Shown here: positions 55,106 to 64,000 of the stretch, in pieces
Position numbering within the stretch: the first letter of the stretch is position 1
How the letters are laid out: each line of letters opens with the position of its first letter
Assembly: GCA_964455545.1 (NCBI GenBank)
Contig: CAYVWQ010000005.1
Coordinates: 24,005 to 88,004 of the forward strand
DNA: 64,000 bases
Source: an uncultured Thermoleophilaceae bacterium
GTDB lineage: Bacteria; Actinomycetota; Thermoleophilia; Solirubrobacterales; JACPNS01
Reading direction: 5' to 3'
Position numbers and translations under genes: made by a program
Notes under the pieces: model-generated
Database searches by the model: none
What the model was told of the DNA's origin: nothing
Seen by the model: the letters and a program-made list of their open reading frames with translations, nothing else

Positions 55106-56188
55106 TCAGCCCACGATCTCTTCGAAGTTCTCAAGGAACCGCTCGACCAGGGCGGGATCGAACTGTGAGCCGGCGCCTTCGGACAGTTCTTGCCGCGCGA
55201 CGTGCAGAGGGAGCGCGTCTCGATATGGACGGTCGGTCGTGATCGCGCTGAACACGTCGACAATCTGCACAATCCGCGCCGACAGCGGAATTTCCTCTTC
55301 CTGGAGACCCCGCGGATAGCCGGCGCCGTCCCACCGCTCGTGGTGGGCATAGGCGATCTCGGCGCCGAGACAGAGAAGCGGATTGCTGGAACCCTGGAGC
55401 ATCCGGTAGCCGATCTCCGGGTGCAGCTCCATCAGTTCGCGCTCCTCCGCCGTTAGTGGACCCGGTTTCAGCAGGATGCTGTCGGGCACGCCGATCTTTC
55501 CCAGGTCGTGCATCATGCTGGCGATTCCAAGCTCTTTGGCCTCCTGCTCGGAGTAGCCCGCACGGAGCGCGAAGCGTTCGACCACCGCGACCATGCCGTC
55601 GATGTGGTCTGCGGTGACTCTGTCGCGTGCTTCCACGGCCAGGCTCAACTTGTTCAGCGTTTCGATTCTCGCCTTCTCGAGATCTCCCACCGCAGAACTG
55701 AGGGCGGAGGTCCGCTCCAGCAGTCGCTCTTCAAGCCTCCAGGCGTGCACGCGACTGGCAATCTCCAGCGTTCGCCGGCGTAGAGCGTTGGACACACTGA
55801 TCGCCAGCTCAACCGCCCTGAATGGTTTGACGACATAGCCGTACGCGCCGATGTTGAAGGCGGTTTCCGCGGTATTCACTTCGTCATTGCCGGTGACCAC
55901 GACCACCGCCGCATCCGGCTGGATCGAGGGGAGCTCGCGAAGCAACTCGAGCCCCGAATCGCCGCCGAGATCGAGGTCGCAGAGAACGAGATCGAAGTTC
56001 CTGCTCGCCATCAGGGATCGCGCTGCGCTGACGGTCGTAGCGGTCTCGCAGGCGCAACGCGACTGCAGGGCGCGGCGCATGATCTCGCATTGTTCGGGCC
56101 GATCGTCGACGATCAGAACCGGCGGAGAGCCGGTGTCCAAGGGGTACGCCATGCTGGCGGAGCCGGTGAGTGCTGTCGGCAGTGACAT
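55106..56188 (-). CDS. response regulator with HD-GYP output domain (c-di-GMP phosphodiesterase type)
   Basis: 360 aa. REC domain (VLIVDDRPE...DLVLCDLDLGG), then HD...HHERWDGAGYPRGL. Confidence 0.9.
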   Translation of the reverse strand: MSLPTALTGSASMAYPLDTGSPPVLIVDDRPEQCEIMRRALQSRCACETATTVSAARSLMASRNFDLVLCDLDLGGDSGLELLRELPSIQPDAAVVVVTGNDEVNTAETAFNIGAYGYVVKPFRAVELAISVSNALRRRTLEIASRVHAWRLEERLLERTSALSSAVGDLEKARIETLNKLSLAVEARDRVTADHIDGMVAVVERFALRAGYSEQEAKELGIASMMHDLGKIGVPDSILLKPGPLTAEERELMELHPEIGYRMLQGSSNPLLCLGAEIAYAHHERWDGAGYPRGLQEEEIPLSARIVQIVDVFSAITTDRPYRDALPLHVARQELSEGAGSQFDPALVERFLENFEEIVG

Positions 56189-56193
56189 CTTCC

Positions 56194-57756
56194 CTACTTT
56201 CTGACCGTTCGTTGAACTTCGCTCAGAAGCTGGTCCACCGAGAACGGCTTTTGGAGCACTCGGGCCGCGCGCCGATCCTCAGGCCCGTCGCCGACCATGA
56301 TTTCGCTGTAACCCGACATGAGGAGAACCGGAAGCTCCGGCCGCAGTTCAACCGCTCGATCGGCCACTTCGTCGCCCTGGAGACCGGGCATGACGACGTC
56401 CGTCAGCAGCATGGAAGCTCGCTCGTCCGGGTTCTGAAGAAACTCGAGCGCCGGTTCGCCGCGACTGAAGTCGACGACGTCGTACTCGCGGCGCTCCAGT
56501 GCGCGGATGATCATCCGCCGCACCGCATCGTCATCTTCCACCACGATCACGCGACTCCCCTTGCCGTTGGATCCGGCTTCACACCGGTTCGGCGGTTCCG
56601 ACTCTGCCGCCGCCCCGGACACGGGGAGAAGGATTGTCACCGTGGACCCGATCCCCGGTGTGGAATCGATGTGGACGGTCCCGCCGTGGTTGGTGACAGT
56701 TCCGTACACCGTTGCCAGGCCTAGCCCGGTTCCACGCATCCGGTCTTTGGTGGTGTAGAACGGCTCGAAGGCGCGCTCGATCGTTTCGCGGTCCATTCCC
56801 GACCCCTCGTCCGACACCGAAAGCTGAACGTAACGTCCAGGCTTCGGCCTGTCCGGATGCGTGCCGGAGTAACTCTCGTCAACCTCGACATTCGCGGTCG
56901 CGATGCTCAGCTTCCCACCGTCGGGCATCGCGTCCCGGGCATTGAGAGTCAGGTTGAGGATCGCACCTTCGATCTGGCTTGGATCGGCCACAACTGTCGC
57001 GAGCTTCGGCTCGAGCGTGGTTTCGAGCTCGAACTGTGCGCCGAGGGTGCGCTTGAGAAGCCTCTCGAGATTTTCGACGACCTCATTGGTGTTGATCGGC
57101 CGGCGATCCTCCGGCGACTTTCGACTGAACACCAGCAACTGCCTGGTCAACGAAGCGGCACGATCCGCCGCAGCGATGATCTGCTGAACATCTTCAGCCA
57201 CTTCGCCCTCGTCATCGATGCTCTCTGCGACAAACGCTGCGCAGTTGCTGATCACCGCGAGAAGGTTGTTGAAATCGTGGGCGATTCCTCCCGCGAGCTG
57301 GCCGATGCTCTCCATGCGGGCCGCCTGGTTTCTGGCGACGATGTCTTCGAGTCGCTTCCGCTCCTTCTCCGCCTTGATGCGTTCGGAGATGTCGCGAACC
57401 GACGCGATACGCACGGGGCCGCGTTCGAGTTCGGCGAGGGCAACGGTCGCCTCGAATGGAAACTCAGTTCCGTCGGCCCGGATCGCATGCATCGGGGCCT
57501 GAATGCCAAGCGTTCCCCCATCCTCCGGATTTGCAAAGAATTCGGCCCGGCTCTCCTTGAGCGAAGCCTGTTCGCTCGCGGGTATGAACTCGAATACCGA
57601 GCGACCGATCAACTCATCGAGCTCGACTCCCAGCAACTCGGCCGCTGCGGTGTTGGCCATGACGATCCGACCGTCTGGGATCGACGCGAAACTGGGATCG
57701 GGGATCAGTTCCAAGTACGTTCGGAACTCAATCGTCGCGTTATCTGCCCTGTCCAA
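56194..57756 (-). CDS. hybrid sensor histidine kinase (PAS - HisKA - HATPase_c - REC), cytoplasmic
   Basis: H-box GIAHDFNNLL, N box LNARDAMP, G boxes DEGSGM and GTGLGL, C-terminal REC (VIVVEDDDAV...LLTDVVMPG). The ORF is open to a GTG at 57891, but the first 45 codons have low GC3. The TTG at 57756 is preceded by GAAGGAG. Confidence 0.8.
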   Translation of the reverse strand: MDRADNATIEFRTYLELIPDPSFASIPDGRIVMANTAAAELLGVELDELIGRSVFEFIPASEQASLKESRAEFFANPEDGGTLGIQAPMHAIRADGTEFPFEATVALAELERGPVRIASVRDISERIKAEKERKRLEDIVARNQAARMESIGQLAGGIAHDFNNLLAVISNCAAFVAESIDDEGEVAEDVQQIIAAADRAASLTRQLLVFSRKSPEDRRPINTNEVVENLERLLKRTLGAQFELETTLEPKLATVVADPSQIEGAILNLTLNARDAMPDGGKLSIATANVEVDESYSGTHPDRPKPGRYVQLSVSDEGSGMDRETIERAFEPFYTTKDRMRGTGLGLATVYGTVTNHGGTVHIDSTPGIGSTVTILLPVSGAAAESEPPNRCEAGSNGKGSRVIVVEDDDAVRRMIIRALERREYDVVDFSRGEPALEFLQNPDERASMLLTDVVMPGLQGDEVADRAVELRPELPVLLMSGYSEIMVGDGPEDRRAARVLQKPFSVDQLLSEVQRTVRK

Positions 57757-57917
57757 GGTCTTGCTCCTTCTGTGCGAGTCCAGTCTCGAACTCGCCTGCT
57801 TCCATGCGTGACCCGTATGCCCGGATCGGTCACCCGCTACACAAACTGTCGGTTTCGTAGGTAATACGTATGGTGTAGAAAAGCGGATCACCGCCCTGCC
57901 GTCCTAATATCCGCGTC

Positions 57918-58448
57918 ATGAAAAAGGCGACTCGAACGGCGGTCCAGTTGGCGGTGGTCGCCGCCCTCTCGGCCCTGCTTCTGGTCGGAAGCGCGGCTTA
58001 CGCCGGCAAGCGCTTCGGCGCAACAGGCAGCGACGCGCCGGCAGCGTTCACCGCGACCAACAAGAGCGCAATCATCCTGACCGACGACTTCTCAGTTCGC
58101 ACAAAGCTCGTATCGCTCAAACTGCCGGCCGGGAGCTACGTGGTCAGCGGACAGGCCGGCGTTTTCGGCGCCGCCAGCGCCGGCGGAATGGTTCTGCACG
58201 TCGGGTGCACCGTTTCTCCGAGCGGCGGATCAACGCTGGCCGAAGCCGGCGCGACCGCCCCGAGCACGTATGGCACCGGGGAGGCGTCCACGTCCGTGCC
58301 TGTGAGTTTCAACTGGGTCAGTTCAACCCCACGCACGATCTCGCTGAGCTGCGGCGCGTCGTGGTCCGGGAACGCAGGCGGCGAAACGCTCGCGGTGTCC
58401 GGCAAAGGCGCTCGGCTCACCGCTGTCGCGGTCGGCAGCATCAACTGA
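57918..58448 (+). CDS. secreted hypothetical protein
   Basis: 176 aa. Signal peptide MKKATRTAVQLAVVAALSALLLVGSAAYA. Two Cys, beta-rich composition. A TAATAT hexamer ends 7 nt upstream of the ATG, so the mRNA may be leaderless. Confidence 0.6.
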   Translation: MKKATRTAVQLAVVAALSALLLVGSAAYAGKRFGATGSDAPAAFTATNKSAIILTDDFSVRTKLVSLKLPAGSYVVSGQAGVFGAASAGGMVLHVGCTVSPSGGSTLAEAGATAPSTYGTGEASTSVPVSFNWVSSTPRTISLSCGASWSGNAGGETLAVSGKGARLTAVAVGSIN

Positions 58449-58530
58449 CTCGACCATTTAAACTCCATCCCACTCGTGCCGGGCATCGCGGCACAACTCT
58501 CCCGCGAACCGCGTGCAAAGGATTTCACGG

Positions 58531-61500
58531 ATGATTCAGAAGTTGACCGGCGCCCTGCTGATCGCCGGCGCCCTGTCGGCAGCGTTCTCCGCTTCAGCGT
58601 TCGGAGCGTCAACCAAGCCCCTCCCGCTCGCCAAGAACGCACTGACGGAGCTTCGCTTCGAGTCGCCACGCTCGAAGCTCGTGACCACAAAAAGCGTGCG
58701 TGTCACCGTCCGCGTCCCGCAGCGAGTCAAGTCCTTCCGCGCCGTCAGCGGCGGCAAAGTGATCAGCGGTCGCTTCGTTCGGCGCGGCGACAACCTCGTC
58801 GCGAACCTGCCTGTCGGGAAGGTCCTGCGGCGCGGGGTCAACCACGTGAACCTCGTCGTCCGGACGAAGTCCGGCGGCAAGGCCGTCGGCGACCTGCGCC
58901 TGATCGTCGCGGCCAGGGGCAAGGCGCCGGCCAGCGCCAAGGTCGTCAAGCAGTCGACGCGCTACCTCGCCCAGATCAAGCTGAGCGCCCCGGCCGACCA
59001 CTTCGCCGTGCGACTCAACGGGCGGAGCATCACCGGCCGATTCAGCCCGCTCACCACGAAGCAGCAGTCGATGCCGCTCGCACCCGAAGAGGGCCTGCGC
59101 TTCGGCGTCAACACGCTCACCGTCACCGCCGCACGCTCAAACGGCCGCTTCCTGCGCAGAACGATCCGCTTCCGCGCGACCCGCTCGCGACCGCTCGCGT
59201 CGGCCGGCAGGGACCGCCGCGTGCGCGCTGGTGACAGCGTCCGGCTCAGCGCAAAGCACACCCTGCCCGGGTCCGGAAAACTCGGACTTCGCTGGCGCGT
59301 CAAGAGCACTCCCAAGGGTTCCCGCGCCACGCTCCTCCACCCGACCTCACCGCGGCCGATGCTCAAGGTGAGCCGGCCGGGCGAGTACAAGATCGAACTC
59401 GCCGCCTCGCGTGGCGGCCGCCGCGGCACCGACGTCACAACCGTGTCGGCCCAGCCGAACGTGCCGCCGCTCGGCGCGTCGGTGAACACACTCGCGCCGC
59501 AGGCCGGCGGCGGGTACGCGATCGAGGTCGGGGCCAACTGCATCGGCGGCAGCGCCGCTTGCGGCAAGATCGTCAGCCCCTACACGGCCGACAAGCCGGT
59601 GCAGATCATGGTCCTCGACCGCAGCACGCTCTCGCTGGTGCGCACGATCCCGCTCTCGGGATCGCAGACTGACGCGCTGGCCGCGATCGCGATCCTCAAC
59701 TCGCTGGCCGGCACGGGCAATCAGGTCGACTACATCTGCATCCTCGGTGCGATGCCGGGCGCGGAGGCCTATCCCGGCTACAAGCTTGCCGTCTCCGAGC
59801 TCACCGGCTCGACGCCCGACCTCGGATCGAGCGGCGGCTGGTCGGCGATCGGCATCCCGAACCAGAACCTCGACTCGGCGAACAACGTCACCGGGATGAC
59901 CAACTCCGACGCCAACCCGACCTTCGGCGCCGTCACCGGCAACCTCTCGGGCTACTTCTCGTTCGACGCCGTCGAGCAGATCTACAGCTTCAACGTCAGT
60001 CAGGCTCGCGAGTACCAGACCTCCACCGCCGCCTCGACGGCGACACAGAACACGATGAACATCGACGGAGTCAGCTACCAGTCGGCGCCGCTCAGCGCCG
60101 GATGCACCGGCGGCTTCCAACTGGTGACACTGCGCGGCTCGACGCTCGCGCCGACGACGACGCTGCCGGTCAATCAGACGTTCGATTCGAACTGCTCGAA
60201 CGTCGGGCTGGCCGAGATCGGACTGCTGAACCTCGACGCCGCCATCCAAGCCGCGGCCACCGCCAGCCCGACCGGAGCCGACGGACCGATGGTGGTCTTC
60301 CTGCAGAGCATCGGCTCGGCGTTCGCCCCCTCGCCGACGACGCCGTCGATCATCGCCGCGTCGGCGATTTCCGAGCAGATCGAGTCACTGGGTGGCACTG
60401 CCGACACGTTCATGACCGCGACGAACAAGCCGGCAGGCGGTTACGCCCTCGCCGGCGGATCGACCTTCACCCGCGAAGCCCCTGAGCTGACGCGTTCACT
60501 CACGTTCGCGCCCGAGGCGAGCGACCTGCAGACCGGATCGGCCGCGATGCTGAGCGGCCTGCTCTCGCTCAGTCGCTTCGGTCATTTCCAGCCCTCGAGT
60601 GGCGCGCCGACGTCCTCGCGGAACGGCGCGCTGAACGACATCGCATACCAGGCGCCGACGCCCTGGCCGTACAGCAGCACACAGAGCCAGAAGAACGCGC
60701 TGAAGTACATCAGCGACCACTACAACATCCAGTACAGCCCGGCGTCCTCCTGTTACAAGCCGGTAACCCCGGACGTGCGCTTCGAGTACTGCGACCTCAA
60801 CGCTCCGTGGAGCAGCCTGCTCGCCGATCTCCCGACCAAGGCCTGGACGTCGAGCTGCGGCTGCAAGAAGGAGGACTGGGGCCACCTCCGCAAGCAGATC
60901 CCGACGGAGATCCGTTCCGTCCAGCGGGTCTACAAGTTCGTCACTCTGGTTCAGAAGATCTACGGGACCGGCTCGGGCGAGTCGACCTATCTCGGAGTGA
61001 AGAAGATCGCGACCGACGTCAACAACGCGATCAATCCGCCGCCACGCTCGGACACGGGCGGATGGTGGAGTGACCTCGTAGCCAACGTCGCCAACGCCCT
61101 GTCGGTACTCGCACCCGAGGACAGTGCGCTCGAAAAGGTCTCGGAAGCCGTCTCGGCGATCGCGTACCTCGGTGAGGACGCGCTCACGACACCGCAGGGA
61201 TCGAGCACGCTCGGCCAGATCGTCAAGACCGAAGCCGCCGACCTGCCGACCCAGTCTGCCGATCGCTATCGCGCCGCGAGCCTCAACTTCGGCCACTTCG
61301 GCGACATCGTCGTGACCGACTGGGGCAAGCTCAGCGCCGTTGCGGCGAGCACCACGATCCAGCTCGACAGCAACACGCTGGCCGGTTCGTCGGGCTCGAT
61401 GATGGTCGGTGCCTACCGGTTCGCGTACAAGCGGATGCTCTCGGTGGCCTACGACACGCTCTCGCTGCCGCCCAACACCAATACGCCGGCGGCTACGACC

Positions 61501-61830
61501 GCGCCGGAGTACGGCTGCGAGCAGAACCCGGGCGACCCCAAGACGCTGATGTTCCCGTTCAGCTCGGCGGGCCCCGCGGCCTGGACTTCGATGCAGCGCA
61601 ACGGGCCGAGCCTGCCGGTGTTCGGCAACGTCGCGCCGTGGATGCTCGTCTGGGGCAAGAAGGGCCAGACGAGCGTGTTCGGCGTCCCGACCCCGCCGCA
61701 GAAGCTCGTCGAGAACCTTTTCCCGAAGATCACCTTCGACGCCAACGGCAACCCGTTGACGCTCGGCGAGTACGCACCCTGGATGATGCGCAAGAACTTC
61801 AATCAGGTGCCGTTCCCCTGCGGCATGTAG
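58531..61830 (+). CDS. large secreted hypothetical protein (two Ig-like repeats + PKD-like domain + ~800-aa unknown region)
   Basis: The ATG at 58531 gives signal peptide MIQKLTGALLIAGALSAAFSASAFGA; the ORF is open from a GTG at 58513. Internal duplication (..GGKVISGRF...LRRGVNHVNLVV.. versus ..NGRSITGRF...LRFGVNTLTVTA..). PKD-like AGRDRRVRAGDSVRLSA...PGEYKIELAA. Confidence 0.7.
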   Translation: MIQKLTGALLIAGALSAAFSASAFGASTKPLPLAKNALTELRFESPRSKLVTTKSVRVTVRVPQRVKSFRAVSGGKVISGRFVRRGDNLVANLPVGKVLRRGVNHVNLVVRTKSGGKAVGDLRLIVAARGKAPASAKVVKQSTRYLAQIKLSAPADHFAVRLNGRSITGRFSPLTTKQQSMPLAPEEGLRFGVNTLTVTAARSNGRFLRRTIRFRATRSRPLASAGRDRRVRAGDSVRLSAKHTLPGSGKLGLRWRVKSTPKGSRATLLHPTSPRPMLKVSRPGEYKIELAASRGGRRGTDVTTVSAQPNVPPLGASVNTLAPQAGGGYAIEVGANCIGGSAACGKIVSPYTADKPVQIMVLDRSTLSLVRTIPLSGSQTDALAAIAILNSLAGTGNQVDYICILGAMPGAEAYPGYKLAVSELTGSTPDLGSSGGWSAIGIPNQNLDSANNVTGMTNSDANPTFGAVTGNLSGYFSFDAVEQIYSFNVSQAREYQTSTAASTATQNTMNIDGVSYQSAPLSAGCTGGFQLVTLRGSTLAPTTTLPVNQTFDSNCSNVGLAEIGLLNLDAAIQAAATASPTGADGPMVVFLQSIGSAFAPSPTTPSIIAASAISEQIESLGGTADTFMTATNKPAGGYALAGGSTFTREAPELTRSLTFAPEASDLQTGSAAMLSGLLSLSRFGHFQPSSGAPTSSRNGALNDIAYQAPTPWPYSSTQSQKNALKYISDHYNIQYSPASSCYKPVTPDVRFEYCDLNAPWSSLLADLPTKAWTSSCGCKKEDWGHLRKQIPTEIRSVQRVYKFVTLVQKIYGTGSGESTYLGVKKIATDVNNAINPPPRSDTGGWWSDLVANVANALSVLAPEDSALEKVSEAVSAIAYLGEDALTTPQGSSTLGQIVKTEAADLPTQSADRYRAASLNFGHFGDIVVTDWGKLSAVAASTTIQLDSNTLAGSSGSMMVGAYRFAYKRMLSVAYDTLSLPPNTNTPAATTAPEYGCEQNPGDPKTLMFPFSSAGPAAWTSMQRNGPSLPVFGNVAPWMLVWGKKGQTSVFGVPTPPQKLVENLFPKITFDANGNPLTLGEYAPWMMRKNFNQVPFPCGM

Positions 61831-61849
61831 TCGTCGGGGGTTCTGTAGC

Positions 61850-63655
61850 GTGACGGCAATGGCCACGACCACGACTTCGAACATCCTGTCCCGCCGCGAC
61901 CTGCAGTTCCTGCTCCACGAGTGGCTGCGCGTCGAAAAGCTCGCGGAACGCGAAAAATACTCCGACCAGTCATCGGAGCTGTACGACGACGTGCTCGAAC
62001 TTGCCGAGCAGATCGCGACCGAGCAGTTCGCCCCGCACAACCGCGCCGGTGACATCGACGAGCCGCACATCGGAGACGACGGCAAGGTCGTCCTGATCCC
62101 GGAAGTTAAGGCGGCGCTCGATGCGTTCGCCGCGGCCGGCCTCGTCGGCACGACGATGCCGGAAAGCGTCGGCGGGATGGGCCTCCCCCACGTCGTCGGA
62201 ACGGCCGTCTCCTCGTTTTTCCAGGGCGCGAACATCGGCACCGCGGCTTATCCCTTCCTCACGATCGGCGCGGCCAATCTGCTGCTGGCGAACGGCTCCG
62301 AGGATCAGATCGAGACGTGGGTCAAGCCGATGGTCGAGGGGCGCTACTTCGGCACGATGTGCCTCAGCGAGGTTCAAGCCGGATCGTCGCTCGCGGACGT
62401 CGCCACTCGTGCCGAGCCACAGGAAAACGGCACCTATCGCGTGTTCGGCTCAAAGATGTGGATCTCTGGCGGCGACCACGAACTGAGCGAGAACATCGTT
62501 CACCTGGTGCTCGCGAAAACTCCCGGATCGCCCCCGGGCGTGAAGGGGATTTCCCTCTTTCTCGTACCGCGGTTTCTCGAGGACGGCGAGCGCAACGATG
62601 TCGTACTCGCCGGCGTCAACCACAAGATGGGATGGCGCGGAACAGTCAACACGGTGCTCGGATTCGGCGAGGGCGAGTTCACGCCGGTCGGCGAGCCGGG
62701 TGCCGTCGGCTACCTGGTCGGTGAGCCCAACATGGGCCTTGCGGCGATGTTCCACATGATGAACGAGGCGCGCATCGGGGTCGGTCTCGGTGCGACCTGC
62801 CTCGGCTACACCGGCTACTTGAAGTCACTTCGTTACGCGCGCGAGCGCCTGCAGGGACGGCCGATCACGGCGAAGGATCCTGCCTCTCCACAGGTTCCGA
62901 TTGTCGAGCACGCAGACATCCGCCGCATGTTGCTGGCGCAGAAGTCTTACGTCGAGGGCGCGCTTGCGCTCGTGCTCTACTGCGGCAGGCTCGTCGACGA
63001 CTCTGAGACGCTCGACAGCGACGAAGACCGCGCGAACGCGGAACTTCTGCTCGACGTGCTCACCCCGATCACGAAGAGCTGGCCGGCCCAGTTCTGCCTT
63101 GAGGCGAATTCGCTGGCGATCCAGATTCACGGCGGCTACGGCTACGCGCGCGAGTACGACGTCGAGCAGCACTACCGCGACAACCGCCTCAACCAGATCC
63201 ACGAGGGCACCCACGGAATTCAGGCGCTCGACCTGCTCGGCCGCAAGGTCACGATGCAGGGCGGCGCCGCGCTCGGACTCCTGGCCGAGACGATCGGCGA
63301 GTCGATTGCACGTGCGGAGGCCGCCGGCGGCGAAGCTTCCGAGTTGGCGTCAGAGCTGCGAACGGCGCTCGACAGACTGCTGGCCGTGACCGGCGGCGCG
63401 TGGGGATCCGGCGACGTCGAGGCGGTGCTGGCCAACGCGACGCCGTATCTCGAGGCGGCAGGCCACACCGTGATCGCCTGGATGTGGCTCGAGCAGTTCC
63501 TCGCCGCGGAAGGCAAGGAGGGAGACTTCTACGACGGCAAGCTCCAGGCCGCGCGGTACTTCTTCAGCGCTGAGTTGCCGAGGACCGGTCCGCAGCTGGA
63601 CCTGCTGGCGCGGCTCGATCGCTCCGCGCTCGACATGCGCGAAGACTGGTTCTAG
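61850..63655 (+). CDS. acyl-CoA dehydrogenase (long FadE-type with C-terminal extension)
   Basis: 601 aa. ACAD middle-domain pattern MCLSEVQAGSSLADV...KMWISGGDH and C-terminal QIHGGYGYAREYDVEQHYRDNRLNQIHEGT. Confidence 0.9.
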   Translation: MTAMATTTTSNILSRRDLQFLLHEWLRVEKLAEREKYSDQSSELYDDVLELAEQIATEQFAPHNRAGDIDEPHIGDDGKVVLIPEVKAALDAFAAAGLVGTTMPESVGGMGLPHVVGTAVSSFFQGANIGTAAYPFLTIGAANLLLANGSEDQIETWVKPMVEGRYFGTMCLSEVQAGSSLADVATRAEPQENGTYRVFGSKMWISGGDHELSENIVHLVLAKTPGSPPGVKGISLFLVPRFLEDGERNDVVLAGVNHKMGWRGTVNTVLGFGEGEFTPVGEPGAVGYLVGEPNMGLAAMFHMMNEARIGVGLGATCLGYTGYLKSLRYARERLQGRPITAKDPASPQVPIVEHADIRRMLLAQKSYVEGALALVLYCGRLVDDSETLDSDEDRANAELLLDVLTPITKSWPAQFCLEANSLAIQIHGGYGYAREYDVEQHYRDNRLNQIHEGTHGIQALDLLGRKVTMQGGAALGLLAETIGESIARAEAAGGEASELASELRTALDRLLAVTGGAWGSGDVEAVLANATPYLEAAGHTVIAWMWLEQFLAAEGKEGDFYDGKLQAARYFFSAELPRTGPQLDLLARLDRSALDMREDWF

Positions 63656-63690
63656 ACGCGCCGGTATGCGCTGCGGCCTATGCTGGCGGC

Positions 63691-63960
63691 ATGTGCCGCA
63701 ACATCAAGACACTCCACAATTTCGAGCCACCCGCGACCGAGGATGAGGTCCACGCCTCTGCGCTCCAGTACGTGCGCAAGATCAGCGGATCGACCAAGCC
63801 GTCGCAGGCCAACCAGGAAGCGTTCGACGACGCCGTCGAGAAGATCCGTGCTGTCACGCAGGAGTTGCTCGACCGGCTCGTCACAAGCGCGCCGCCGAAG
63901 GACCGCGAGGTAGAGGCGGCGAAGGCACGCGCCCGCGCCGAAGCTCGCTTCGCTGCCTGA
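63691..63960 (+). CDS. DUF2277-family small protein
   Basis: 89 aa. N-terminal MCRNIKTLHNFEPPAT is as I recall for DUF2277. Confidence 0.7.
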   Translation: MCRNIKTLHNFEPPATEDEVHASALQYVRKISGSTKPSQANQEAFDDAVEKIRAVTQELLDRLVTSAPPKDREVEAAKARARAEARFAA

Positions 63961-64000
63961 CTGGCTCGCTGAAGGTCAGAGCGCCGAGACGCCGTCGTAG

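Overview
Dense, very GC-rich chromosomal segment (about 70% GC by eye, not computed). Gene content looks actinobacterial; a deep-branching lineage such as Thermoleophilia is only a guess. I can support about 55 CDS, one initiator tRNA, three terminator-like hairpins and several candidate regulatory sites. No CRISPR array, rRNA, prophage or integrase is visible.

Most of the window is housekeeping: thiolase, PepA, Ndh, MeaB, HisC, GGT, FtsZ, an RpoD-type sigma, PilT, Ppx, NhaA and an acyl-CoA dehydrogenase. These are interleaved with many secreted or membrane proteins of unknown function.

Observations worth a second look:
1. A tandemly duplicated divergent module at 3.7-8.1 kb. Each copy pairs an ECF-type sigma factor carrying its own C-terminal membrane anchor and disordered tail with a secreted DxDxDG (TSP3-like) calcium-binding protein. 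The second pair has mirrored GGGAC-N16-CGTCT motifs. A third orphan sigma paralog lies at 9.7-10.9 kb.
2. A ParA-like ATPase whose stop overlaps the start of an FtsZ that carries a roughly 140-aa N-terminal Pro/Glu/Ala-rich extension. Two ArsA/Get3-like ATPases lie just upstream.
3. An IS200-like Y1 (RAYT-type) transposase next to an array of three 32-bp palindromic units. The same array recurs 10.5 kb away in the parA/arsA-like intergenic region, which suggests a REP/REPIN-like system.
4. A six-gene GT4 / GH57 / three methyltransferases / acetyltransferase locus with the gene order of the mycobacterial methylglucose-lipopolysaccharide cluster.
5. Two tandem 19-bp palindromes in an AT-rich island upstream of ndh.
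6. A hybrid kinase / HD-GYP regulator pair, visibly lower in GC, placed beside tRNA-fMet and divergent from two secreted proteins.

All functional calls rest on motifs I recognise by eye in the supplied translations. No database search was possible.
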